From IMG/VR virus record IMGVR_UViG_3300018424_000013: DNA of 64,000 bases; one strand, given 5' to 3'. The notes under the pieces were generated by a model that ran no database searches, had not been told where the DNA came from, and was given only the letters and a program-made list of their open reading frames with translations. Shown in pieces: positions 35,322-44,346 of this stretch. Source of the stretch: an uncultured virus (IMG/VR IMGVR_UViG_3300018424_000013) (taxonomy: Duplodnaviria; Heunggongvirae; Uroviricota; Caudoviricetes). How positions within the stretch are numbered: position 1 is the first letter of the stretch; every line of letters starts with the position of its first letter. Both the position numbers and the translations under genes were made by a program.

Positions 35322-38300
35322 TTATTCAAAGCTAACACCCGAGTTAGTAATAATAAAATCAATTGCAATAAATTCAATTGCTCTAGTAGGTACAACCACA
35401 ATGGTACCATTTAATCTGTTTTCATCAACATCATTAGCACTATTGTTTGAATTATCACATATTACTCTAAATTCTTCTACACCCGCCTGAGCCTGTACAA
35501 CTGCAAGCAAAGGAGATACTTGTGAAACAAATCTTTCTCGAGTTGCACTATCATTTTGTTCAAAAACAAATCTATTTGCAACAGCTGAAACCTGTCTCTT
35601 AACTTCTAATAGTAATCTTCTTACGTTAACTCTGTCCAAAGCACTTTGTGCTTTTTGCAAAGTTTTTTGACCAAATATTACAAAGCTGCCATCAGGAAAA
35701 TTTGCAATCGGGTTAATTCTATTTTCGTATAAAGAATCTCTGTCAGCAACGCTTAATTTTGTTTTAGTATTTGTTACGAAACCTAAAGCGCCTCTATTAA
35801 AACCTGCAGGTGCATACCATGGATAACTTACAGCATCGTTAAATGCCAAAGCACCTAATGCCGCTACTGAAGCAGGTACATTAACTCTTCTGTTATTATT
35901 TTGAATGTCTTCCATCTGAACATCTGGGAAGTATGCAGCTGCTGCATTGTCATCTAATGTTCTAGCAGCTAAGTCATCAACTGTTTTATCAACATCTGGT
36001 TTAGCAGTACTGTCATCAAACAATCTGTTGCCATCTTCATCGAATGTTGGAATATCCATGACATAAAGTCCCATAGAGTAATCTTTATTCTTTTCTACAG
36101 CATAATCTGTTATATAAGAATCACGAATACCAGGAATAGCTAATATATTGATGTTAGAAGCCATAGGATCTGTCATAATATCAATAGCTGTTCTATAAGA
36201 AGCCACTATGCTATTATTTTTACCAGTACCAAGTGCAACTTCTGAGCCAGTTTGATCTGCTGAACCGTAGAAACCTAATCCACCAGTAATAGTATCACCA
36301 GCATATCCAACTTGAGAACTAGCTTTATCATTCATGTAATACAAATCTTTATTTAGAATATTTGCACCATCAAACCCACCATGGAATATGTTAGTAAACT
36401 TAGCAAAGCCAGAAAACTTATTAAATGTTGTAGCAGAACTATTTAGAATAGTAGCAAAGGTAACTCTGTTTAAACTTGTGTCGATTGGATCAGCGATTTG
36501 ATAAGTTTTCTGATCTATAACACCATTTCTAATATAAGCTGCGTCTTTCATATGTGTAGGTATTGAAGCTGTAAATGATGGTAATGAGCCATTAGCACTT
36601 AGTGTTTGCACCAATGCAACTCGACCTAAAGTAAATTTATTATTATTGAATGTATCTGCAGATGATCCAGTGACCAGCGTGTCTAACTTGCTTATCCCTT
36701 GAAATTTTGAGTAAGCATCAATAACTTTATTATATTGAGATGAAACATTTGAATTTAAAACACCATCTGCAACTCGAGCAGAATCTACTATTCTGTCTGT
36801 TTTAACGCCCCAGTAGAATTGTTCTCTTGTTTTTTCTTTTGAACCAGGGTGACCTACAAAAGAAGGAGAGGTAGAAACACTGCCGCGAGTAACTTTAAAT
36901 CGTAATGGCAAAGGTGGCACTATAGAACCAGTAATACTGTTACTAATTCCTTTACCAGCTAATCTTTGATTATCAGTAAAAACAGCACTGCTGTCATCAA
37001 TTAACATTGGGTTAGTTTTTAAAACTGGTATTCCCTTAAAACCGAAAGGTAAAGCTGTTTCAGGCACGTCTTTTTTATATACAGCATCGTCAATAACAAT
37101 TCTAATATGACTTGAGACATTAGGGTATCGTCCAGATACGACTAATCTCTTTTCTTCATCTAAATCAGCGTCAAAATTAAATTTTACTTTTCTATCACCA
37201 ATAAGTCGACCAACAAATCTTTCGTTTGTAGGGTCTAAGGAACAATTAATAAATTCTTCTAATATTTCTGGTTTAGGGTCTGTATCCTTTAATCTTCTTA
37301 CTTGTACATTAAAGGTACCATACTTGTAATTGTCTTCTACGGAAGCTTTAATATTGCTAATAGAAACTTTTATTTGATCTTGTTGCATTGCACCATCTGA
37401 CAGTGTTTCGAAATGAAACAAGTTATATTCTGTCTTTCCAAACGGTTGTGATATAAACTTAGTAGTCTTTGGCGTTGTATATCTTGTATCATAGCGACCA
37501 TAAAGAGATCGGTAAGACTTGTCTGTAACATTAGCAACAGTTGAATCAGAATTTGAACCAGATAAAATAGCTACTGCGTTGGCACCTCCAACTACAGAAG
37601 CTAACTCGTCTTCAACAGCATAATCTAAATATAGCAGATGTTGTTCTCGATCGAATTTTGTTGGGTCCGTATTTAACACTTTACCAATATAATCTTTGTC
37701 GTCTGGATCTAAACTTACGTTAAAAACTTTAAAGCCTTCAACACCGTCTGTTGTTGCAAAATCTGAACCCTTCTCAGAATATAGTAGCAATCTAAATTTT
37801 TTCGTATTTGTATTTGTAGTTGCAATGTCTGCTGAAACACTATCACTATCAGCCGGCGTAGAAGCGTTATGATCTTGTACAAAGAAAACTGATCCAGTTG
37901 TGGTAAAAAGTACTGCTCTTACCAAATTAACTGTATCATCAGCTGCGCTAGCTTCTCTTAAGTTTGGGAAACTATTATTATCAGTAAAACATGGGAAGCC
38001 TACATCACTGTTTGCACTGACAGTATGTCTAGCAGTTAAAAACTGTACAACACCCAATCTTTGTCCATTCGCTGTTGCATCAGCATCACCATTGTCTATT
38101 CTAAAACCAGCATTTTTTACTATACCTTTCTCTTCTGTGTTAGCGATATCCGTCGTGGAAGTATTTGCACCAGCACCTAACACTCTTAAGAAAGTCACGC
38201 CAGCTTTGTTTTCTAAAAATTTCTCAACTGCATAGGGTCCGAATCTTTCAACATCATTTGTTCCAAAAATATTATCAAATTGTTCTTTGCTTCCTATTGT

Positions 38301-38435
38301 TACGGGAACAAACGCGGGCCCTTTTTTACTAGTACCAATAATACCAGCTGGAGTTACTGACGGAGATTCAACTTGTGCTGTAAGTTCAATTTCTCTATCA
38401 AAAAACCCGGGGCTTTTAAATGTATTTTCTGCCAT
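35322..38435 (-). CDS. tail sheath protein (copy 1; start MAENTF)
   Basis: SPGFFDREIE, GPAFVP, PWYAPAGFNRG, INPI, FGQKTL, SALDRVNVRRLL, EFIAIDF. Confidence 0.93.
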   Translation of the reverse strand: MAENTFKSPGFFDREIELTAQVESPSVTPAGIIGTSKKGPAFVPVTIGSKEQFDNIFGTNDVERFGPYAVEKFLENKAGVTFLRVLGAGANTSTTDIANTEEKGIVKNAGFRIDNGDADATANGQRLGVVQFLTARHTVSANSDVGFPCFTDNNSFPNLREASAADDTVNLVRAVLFTTTGSVFFVQDHNASTPADSDSVSADIATTNTNTKKFRLLLYSEKGSDFATTDGVEGFKVFNVSLDPDDKDYIGKVLNTDPTKFDREQHLLYLDYAVEDELASVVGGANAVAILSGSNSDSTVANVTDKSYRSLYGRYDTRYTTPKTTKFISQPFGKTEYNLFHFETLSDGAMQQDQIKVSISNIKASVEDNYKYGTFNVQVRRLKDTDPKPEILEEFINCSLDPTNERFVGRLIGDRKVKFNFDADLDEEKRLVVSGRYPNVSSHIRIVIDDAVYKKDVPETALPFGFKGIPVLKTNPMLIDDSSAVFTDNQRLAGKGISNSITGSIVPPLPLRFKVTRGSVSTSPSFVGHPGSKEKTREQFYWGVKTDRIVDSARVADGVLNSNVSSQYNKVIDAYSKFQGISKLDTLVTGSSADTFNNNKFTLGRVALVQTLSANGSLPSFTASIPTHMKDAAYIRNGVIDQKTYQIADPIDTSLNRVTFATILNSSATTFNKFSGFAKFTNIFHGGFDGANILNKDLYYMNDKASSQVGYAGDTITGGLGFYGSADQTGSEVALGTGKNNSIVASYRTAIDIMTDPMASNINILAIPGIRDSYITDYAVEKNKDYSMGLYVMDIPTFDEDGNRLFDDSTAKPDVDKTVDDLAARTLDDNAAAAYFPDVQMEDIQNNNRRVNVPASVAALGALAFNDAVSYPWYAPAGFNRGALGFVTNTKTKLSVADRDSLYENRINPIANFPDGSFVIFGQKTLQKAQSALDRVNVRRLLLEVKRQVSAVANRFVFEQNDSATRERFVSQVSPLLAVVQAQAGVEEFRVICDNSNNSANDVDENRLNGTIVVVPTRAIEFIAIDFIITNSGVSFE

Positions 38436-38480
38436 TAATAATCTCCTTTCATCATACATTAAATATGTTGATTTTTTTCA

Positions 38481-39617
38481 TTATTCCAAAACTTTAATAA
38501 TCAATTCACCTTTTGAACCTTTTTGTATATTTGCACGAACATTTTTACTAGAAAAAGGGTCATTTACTTTCGAAACTACTCTGTTATTTTTAATTATATT
38601 AGTCTCACGCATAATACCATCATTTAACTCACCTTTTTTTGCAACAACTCTAGTAGGCAAAGGATCTGCTTCATTTTCAAAGTCTTTATATATATAATCA
38701 TCTGGATTTGAACTAGCAACATTATTTGTTGGTTTTTTGTCAAAATCATCAGTCTGTAAAGTAAAATTTAACATTGGAGCTGAAGTGTATTTTTTCAAAA
38801 CTGGTAAATGACCATCACCCGATGGGTTTATTAAGTAACCATTTACACTAACATTAAAACTTTGTCTTACCATTCTTTCATCTTCAGAATAACTGTCTGT
38901 GTTACTTTGTTGACTAAAACTTTGATCAACAGTAGCTACAAACCAATAACCTTTATCAGTTTCAATTCGAAAACTTCTTGCTGGATTAATGTTGTATGAT
39001 TGCATTAATATTTCTAACATGTTATTCATTTGCGTTTGATAATGCGTCCAAAAAGTTATTTCATACGTAACTTTAAAATACCTAGGTGACGGCATAGTAA
39101 TAATTTCATATATGTTATCACTGGAAGTATTTTGAACAGCTATTTTTGATCTTGTGTTTCTGTAACCATTTACAGATGCTTTTTCTGCTTTGTTTCTTAA
39201 ATCTTTATCCGTTAAAACTTTGTAGTCTGCATTTTTTTCACTTATTTTTTTAGAAATGATCATTTCACCATTTCCAGGTCCAACACCAGCTTCACTACCT
39301 TGTTCAATTGATGATCTGACTATGGATATAATAGGTAATATCAAAGTTTCATTAACATCATGCAGTGGTATTTTCTTCCTTAGTAAAAAAGCTCTTTCAC
39401 CAGTAGCAAAAATAACAGGCACTTTTTTTGTCTGTCCACCTTCTGTGTTAATAAAATTTAAATCTTTATCAAAAAGGTTAAAAAGTGCTCTGTCAACATC
39501 TTCGATACCACAAGAAGGTAAGTAAAAATCATCTACTGTTTCCTCTATTTTGTCATACTTGTAGAATCTTTGCGTCCCTATACTTGGGACCTTGTTGATT
39601 TTAAACCTAGTCGACAT
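38481..39617 (-). CDS. tail terminator / sheath stabilizer (gp15-like)
   Basis: IEDVDRAL, KVPVIFATGER, LPIISIVR, P.YFKVTYEITFWT..QMN; position between neck and sheath. Confidence 0.72.
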   Translation of the reverse strand: MSTRFKINKVPSIGTQRFYKYDKIEETVDDFYLPSCGIEDVDRALFNLFDKDLNFINTEGGQTKKVPVIFATGERAFLLRKKIPLHDVNETLILPIISIVRSSIEQGSEAGVGPGNGEMIISKKISEKNADYKVLTDKDLRNKAEKASVNGYRNTRSKIAVQNTSSDNIYEIITMPSPRYFKVTYEITFWTHYQTQMNNMLEILMQSYNINPARSFRIETDKGYWFVATVDQSFSQQSNTDSYSEDERMVRQSFNVSVNGYLINPSGDGHLPVLKKYTSAPMLNFTLQTDDFDKKPTNNVASSNPDDYIYKDFENEADPLPTRVVAKKGELNDGIMRETNIIKNNRVVSKVNDPFSSKNVRANIQKGSKGELIIKVLE

Positions 39618-40261
39618 TATTGGTCACCATAAAATGAAGATTTAATAGCGCCATCTTCTTTTTTAACTGTTTTTGCACCAGTAATAGATTCTTCCAAAGT
39701 GCCATCAGATACCAATTCTCTTTTATCACTTTTTTCACTGTTTCCACGTTGCTGCGTAAATTCAGTTTGCACAGCATCATCTTCAGTATAAATTTCTGAC
39801 GTCGGGCCAATCGGAGTTTTATTGATAAGACCTTTTCTAGCTGTTTTTGCCTTAAGTATATAACCAGTTAAATGTTCTATTTGACCAAAAATCATTTTGT
39901 CATAGACTATAGTTGTAACTTCAAAAAAGTTTTCTCCAAAACTAAAATAGTCACCCGGCATTAAATCTATATTTCTATCTATCATGTCTCTAAAATGAAT
40001 ATATACAGAGACATTATATGTTCTATCATAACTAAACTTATCAATATTTACTGTTCCTTGGTCCCATTCAAATCTACAATCTATTTCAATCGGAGGATCA
40101 AATATTTTATCAATACTTTCATTGTAAATATCATGTACATTCGAAACATCTTGACGAACTCTATAATAGTAAATAACTTGACCTATAACATCTTTTGTTA
40201 TTTCTTTTGTCAAGTCTGAAATAAAATCTATTTCTTTTGGTGTTATGAATAATCTAGCCAT
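39617..40261 (-). CDS. neck / head-closure protein (gp14-like)
   Basis: GQVIYYY, DIYNE, FDPPIEI, GDYFSFGENFFEV; position after adaptor. Confidence 0.72.
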   Translation of the reverse strand: MARLFITPKEIDFISDLTKEITKDVIGQVIYYYRVRQDVSNVHDIYNESIDKIFDPPIEIDCRFEWDQGTVNIDKFSYDRTYNVSVYIHFRDMIDRNIDLMPGDYFSFGENFFEVTTIVYDKMIFGQIEHLTGYILKAKTARKGLINKTPIGPTSEIYTEDDAVQTEFTQQRGNSEKSDKRELVSDGTLEESITGAKTVKKEDGAIKSSFYGDQ

Positions 40262-40271
40262 TATTTATCCT

Positions 40272-41453
40272 TTATCCTATAGTTATACATTTGCCTAAAG
40301 GAACTGGCACTAACTTTAACAATCTGTTTTTAGATTCTGCTTCCGCTGCCGCAGTTTCTAATATTTTATCATACGTCATACTCTCAAGCATTTCTTTAAG
40401 ACTCGTTTTTAATTCTGTTTTTTCTGTTTGAGCTTGACTTAATAAATCAGATCCATTAAGCTGTAAGTCACCATTAGGTATAGGTACGCTACCAAACTTG
40501 CTTCTTACCAAGCCTAAAATTTCTTTTGATAAAGCTAATGTATATTGTCTTATCCATTGATGCCCCGTTGAATTAATTGCCTTATATTCTAATGTGCCAA
40601 AAGGGACATTGTGCAAACCCGAAACACCATCAATCGAAGGATCTGTATAAGTTGATATAGAAGTACCAGTCATTGGAAAACCAACATTTAGCCATAGTTT
40701 TTGTGTCGCTTGATCTGCAGAAGGTTTTGGAAATATGCGTAATTTAGTACCAGTTATTGTGTAACTATAATTACTTCGTCGCACACGATTAGAAACGTCC
40801 ATTTGTTGTGCACGCAATAAATCTTCATATACTGGCAGTACATAGAAGACAGTTTCTGGAGTAAAACTTTCAAAAGCAAATTCGTTATTCAAATAGTTAA
40901 TAGCTGAAGTTGTATCAAAAAATCTATATGCTGCTTGTGGGCTAAAATGAAATATCTCCCATATTCTAAGTTTTCCATTAGCTTGATCAATTAATAAGTT
41001 TCCATCACCATCTTTTAAGTCTGTTGCTAAATCGTAATCTTGTTGTCCAGCAGTTAAGGCAATACTGCCGCTTACATTATTCCATGATCCACCTAAACCT
41101 GCATGAGCAATATAAGGTTCAGATTTACGCATTAAAAATTCAAATGTTTCTCTAGGAAATTTGCCTTGTAAACCAGTAGGGCCATAATTGCCATCTAAAC
41201 TACCAGTACTTTCGCCTAACAAATTACCTATTTGTGACTTTGCTTGGTATTCGTTAATCATTTTAGAATATTCAAATACAGCTTCCTCAAAACTAGCCCA
41301 TACTTGCTTCTTTGTTAATTCCACAGAGAGTATATCATCACCTAGTTTTCTACGTACAAAAGTAAACATAGAATCTGCATGTGCTATAAATGCAGCATCA
41401 CTATCAAAAACACCAAAGGGTGTTGGATTTACAGTATTTTCAAAAGTGGCCAA
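40272..41453 (-). CDS. neck / head-tail adaptor (gp13-like)
   Basis: RKLG..ILSVEL, WIRQYTLALSKEILGLVRSKF..IP..LNGSDL. Confidence 0.8.
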   Translation of the reverse strand: MATFENTVNPTPFGVFDSDAAFIAHADSMFTFVRRKLGDDILSVELTKKQVWASFEEAVFEYSKMINEYQAKSQIGNLLGESTGSLDGNYGPTGLQGKFPRETFEFLMRKSEPYIAHAGLGGSWNNVSGSIALTAGQQDYDLATDLKDGDGNLLIDQANGKLRIWEIFHFSPQAAYRFFDTTSAINYLNNEFAFESFTPETVFYVLPVYEDLLRAQQMDVSNRVRRSNYSYTITGTKLRIFPKPSADQATQKLWLNVGFPMTGTSISTYTDPSIDGVSGLHNVPFGTLEYKAINSTGHQWIRQYTLALSKEILGLVRSKFGSVPIPNGDLQLNGSDLLSQAQTEKTELKTSLKEMLESMTYDKILETAAAEAESKNRLLKLVPVPLGKCITIG

Positions 41454-41494
41454 TATATTTCTCCGGTTTCTTATTCTAATTATATAATAAAAAC

Positions 41495-41523
41495 AAAAAA
41501 AAGAGGGTTTACCTACCCTCTTT
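41495..41523 (-). terminator. intrinsic terminator
   Basis: AAAGAGGGT/ACCCTCTTT stem with U-tract on minus strand. Confidence 0.7.
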
Positions 41524-41561
41524 AAAATATCTGCAAATATATTTTAAAAAACCTATAAAAT

Positions 41562-41867
41562 CTAGATTTTTGGCCATTCCATATTTGGTCTTCTGTTTGA
41601 CCTTAATATTTTAATGACATCTCTAATTGCAGATCTTGCCTCACCGTCAACTGTTCCAGCAGTTGCAGCCACAGGCTTAGGGGTAGAACTAACTTTTTCT
41701 TGCAATTCTTTAACAAGCGACAAAGCTTCTGATAGACTTTTTTCTAAACTACCAATCTTTGCCTCTAACTCCTTAACATTTTTTTCACAAGCTTGGCAAC
41801 ACTCTTCTTTCTCTACAGTTTGCTTATCTGTCGTAACAGTTTTTGTTGTTTTCTTTGTAATAGCCAT
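41562..41867 (-). CDS. hypothetical coiled-coil protein
   Basis: 101-aa ORF with CCQAC and coiled coil; GGGAG SD. Confidence 0.7.
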   Translation of the reverse strand: MAITKKTTKTVTTDKQTVEKEECCQACEKNVKELEAKIGSLEKSLSEALSLVKELQEKVSSTPKPVAATAGTVDGEARSAIRDVIKILRSNRRPNMEWPKI

Positions 41868-41906
41868 AACTAACTCCCATAACTTAATAATATAAAGATA
41901 ATAAAC

Positions 41907-41944
41907 ATTATAAAACGAGGAAGCTGTATGTAAACTGCTTCCTC
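41907..41944 (-). promoter_or_regulatory. hairpin overlapping sigma70-like promoter
   Basis: Stem GAGGAAGC/GCTTCCTC (41917-41924/41937-41944); TTTACA (in loop)-N16-TATAAT. Confidence 0.5.
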
Positions 41945-41971
41945 TTTTAATTATACAAAAGTTTTAAAATA

Positions 41972-42184
41972 CTACTTTTTATTTACAAATTGATATAATT
42001 TTTCTGCCTCTGCAATAATTTCCTCTGTCGTGGGTGGATCAGGCCATTTGACTTCAGAAGGACTTTTTCCAGTTTTGTCGATTAATAAAAAAAGCCTACC
42101 TTTAGCATCTTCGTATTTGCGATGTAATATATGTTCTGCTTGGCTTAACAGATCTGCTCTTGTCGTATATGGGTTTTTACTCAT
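41972..42184 (-). CDS. small conserved T4-like hypothetical protein (start MSKNPY)
   Basis: NPY..R..LL..A ... PTTEEIIAEAEKLYQFV pattern common in T4-like phages; GGAG SD. Confidence 0.75.
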   Translation of the reverse strand: MSKNPYTTRADLLSQAEHILHRKYEDAKGRLFLLIDKTGKSPSEVKWPDPPTTEEIIAEAEKLYQFVNKK

Positions 42185-42234
42185 AAAAAACTCTCCGTGT
42201 AACGTGTAAATAATGTCTCTGAATGAGACAATAT

Positions 42235-42263
42235 AATATACTAGTTTATATAACATTGTATAA
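42235..42263 (-). promoter_or_regulatory. sigma70-like promoter
   Basis: TTATAC-N17-TATATT immediately after the capsid terminator. Confidence 0.5.
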
Positions 42264-42286
42264 AAAAAGGTGACCGAGCCACCTTT
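42262..42286 (-). terminator. intrinsic terminator after major capsid gene
   Basis: GGTGGC-TCG-GTCACC stem-loop plus U7. Confidence 0.78.
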
Positions 42287-42320
42287 CTTACATTGTTGAA
42301 CAATATATCTAATAACTAGA

Positions 42321-44294
42321 TTAGATGATGTTCATATCCAAACATGTTACAGTTCCGTAGAAGTCTGATCGAACCATCTTCTTTCCGTATCGAGTCATTA
42401 CACCCTTACGTGGTGTGAAGTCTTCAGGAGCAAAGATTGTAGGTGTTACGATAAGAGGTACGTAAGGAGCATATACATAACCTGTTTCAAGGTAAGATCC
42501 ACCTTTGTAACCGACAAGAATCTTGTTACGTGGGAAGTAAGGATCTTTGTAAACTGTGAAACGGTTTGTCAAGTTACCAACACGTTCAGCACCGATTGTA
42601 AGACCAGCTTGTGCTTGTCCATCACCATCAAGTGTATATGAAGGCTTGTACATTACTGAAGCTTCAAGAATAGTAGCAACATCAGGTCCAACTACGATAA
42701 AGTTAGCTGATCCACGCAATGTCTTACGTTGAATTGTGTTAGCTACATCAATAATGGTCTCAACAAGAGTTTCATACCATTCACGAACTGTACCAGTAAA
42801 GTTAGGTCCAGGATCAGCTGTTGATGTACCTTCTGCACGTTTTATAGTTGTTCCACGCTCTTTGTTAACAAATTTTCCAGGAGCACGTGACCAGAAGAAG
42901 TTAGCACCATTAGCAGCTGTCAACAAGTCATTAAGAATTTCACGGTCCAATTCAAGAGCAATTTGCTCGGAAAGGATTTGTGTCAATTCAACTTCAGCAT
43001 CCAATGAGTGATAAGCATTAAGATCTTGTGCCAATTCTGGAGACCAACGAGCACGCAACTTACGAGTTACAGCTGTTACTGAAAGAGATTCAATTTTGAT
43101 ATCAATTTCTGGAATAACAGGGGAAACTTGTGAATAAGAACTACCGTTTTGGCTATCAAGGTTTGATTCGAATGTTGGAATAGTCAATGCATCACCAGTT
43201 GTAGAACCAACATCAAGCTGTGCCTTAATAGGATAAGAAACAGAAATATCTTCGTCACCAATGTCACCAGATGCAGGAACTATAGTTAAAGCTCCATCCA
43301 TTCGAAGAAGTGTCAAAAGATATGCATCAGCTACATCAGATGTCGCTAGTGGTGCAGGAGTTACTTTGTTTGTACTACTATTGTATTGTACAATTTGATT
43401 CAATCTTCGAAGGTTAAGAAGGTTGTTACCAGGCTGATCAGTTGTGTCAAAAGCACCTATGTTAGTACTGACGTTAACTGTACCAGTTGTAAAAAGACCG
43501 ATGTCTTTAACCATGGTTTCATCAACTTTGCCCAAAGAACTAGTTAGTTGAGAAAGCTTTACCAAAGCCCAAATTGCATCATAATCACCATTGTCAATAC
43601 GATTAGCAAGTGCTGTATCATATCCAGAAAAACGACCGTTACCTGCAGAGAACAAGTCCTGAGCATCGGCACTAGCTGTACCTTCTTGAATAAGATTTGT
43701 TGTAGTAGACCAAGTATTAAAATCTGTAAATGCACCTAAAATTAATTCACTATCAGAGTTGTCAAACTTTTGTGTTACATGACGTCTGGAAAAACCAGAA
43801 CCAAGCAAGTCGTATTGACCACCAGTTGCTTGAGAACCGCTTTGAATTCCCTTACCAGTAGGATTGTTATAAATAGATTGTCCAGAAGTGTACACTGAGC
43901 TGTCGTTATCTGTTCCAGATTGATCTGATCCACCAACATTTGATCCGTATGTGTAATCTAGATAGAAAAGAAGTCCGGAAGGAAGTGACATTGGTTGAAT
44001 AGAAACCAATTCGTTAGCAACCAATCCACCGAATACACGACGAACGATAGGAAATGCTACGTTTTGGAAACCACGAATATCACCGGAAGCAGATCCACCA
44101 TTTCCAAGTGTGTTAGCTTCACGCAATACTTGAGCAGCTTGGTTTTCAAGCAATACAGACATATTTTCTTTGTTTTGGCCATTAAGACCTCTAAGTAGAC
44201 CGGTGCGGTTCCATTTCTCGACTAGGCGTTTGTGTTGAGCGCCCATGTGTCGTTCACGGATACCTTCAGTCAACATTTTTACATTAAAAGACAT
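42321..44294 (-). CDS. major capsid protein (T4 gp23-like)
   Basis: LVEKW..GLL, LLENQ, FPIVRRVF, VSIQPMSLPSGLLFYLD, TRKLRARWSPELAQDLNAYHSLDAEVEL, YAPYVPL, PRKGVMTRY. Confidence 0.97.
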   Translation of the reverse strand: MSFNVKMLTEGIRERHMGAQHKRLVEKWNRTGLLRGLNGQNKENMSVLLENQAAQVLREANTLGNGGSASGDIRGFQNVAFPIVRRVFGGLVANELVSIQPMSLPSGLLFYLDYTYGSNVGGSDQSGTDNDSSVYTSGQSIYNNPTGKGIQSGSQATGGQYDLLGSGFSRRHVTQKFDNSDSELILGAFTDFNTWSTTTNLIQEGTASADAQDLFSAGNGRFSGYDTALANRIDNGDYDAIWALVKLSQLTSSLGKVDETMVKDIGLFTTGTVNVSTNIGAFDTTDQPGNNLLNLRRLNQIVQYNSSTNKVTPAPLATSDVADAYLLTLLRMDGALTIVPASGDIGDEDISVSYPIKAQLDVGSTTGDALTIPTFESNLDSQNGSSYSQVSPVIPEIDIKIESLSVTAVTRKLRARWSPELAQDLNAYHSLDAEVELTQILSEQIALELDREILNDLLTAANGANFFWSRAPGKFVNKERGTTIKRAEGTSTADPGPNFTGTVREWYETLVETIIDVANTIQRKTLRGSANFIVVGPDVATILEASVMYKPSYTLDGDGQAQAGLTIGAERVGNLTNRFTVYKDPYFPRNKILVGYKGGSYLETGYVYAPYVPLIVTPTIFAPEDFTPRKGVMTRYGKKMVRSDFYGTVTCLDMNII

Positions 44295-44346
44295 AAAAAA
44301 TCTCCAATAAATTTTGTTTTATAAATTAAGGTATAATTGAACGGGC

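Noticed and set aside
39607..39810. Short nested minus-strand ORFs (also 7213..7395 and 45003..45206)
   Set aside because: Alternate-frame ORFs inside well-supported genes, with no SD or recognisable features
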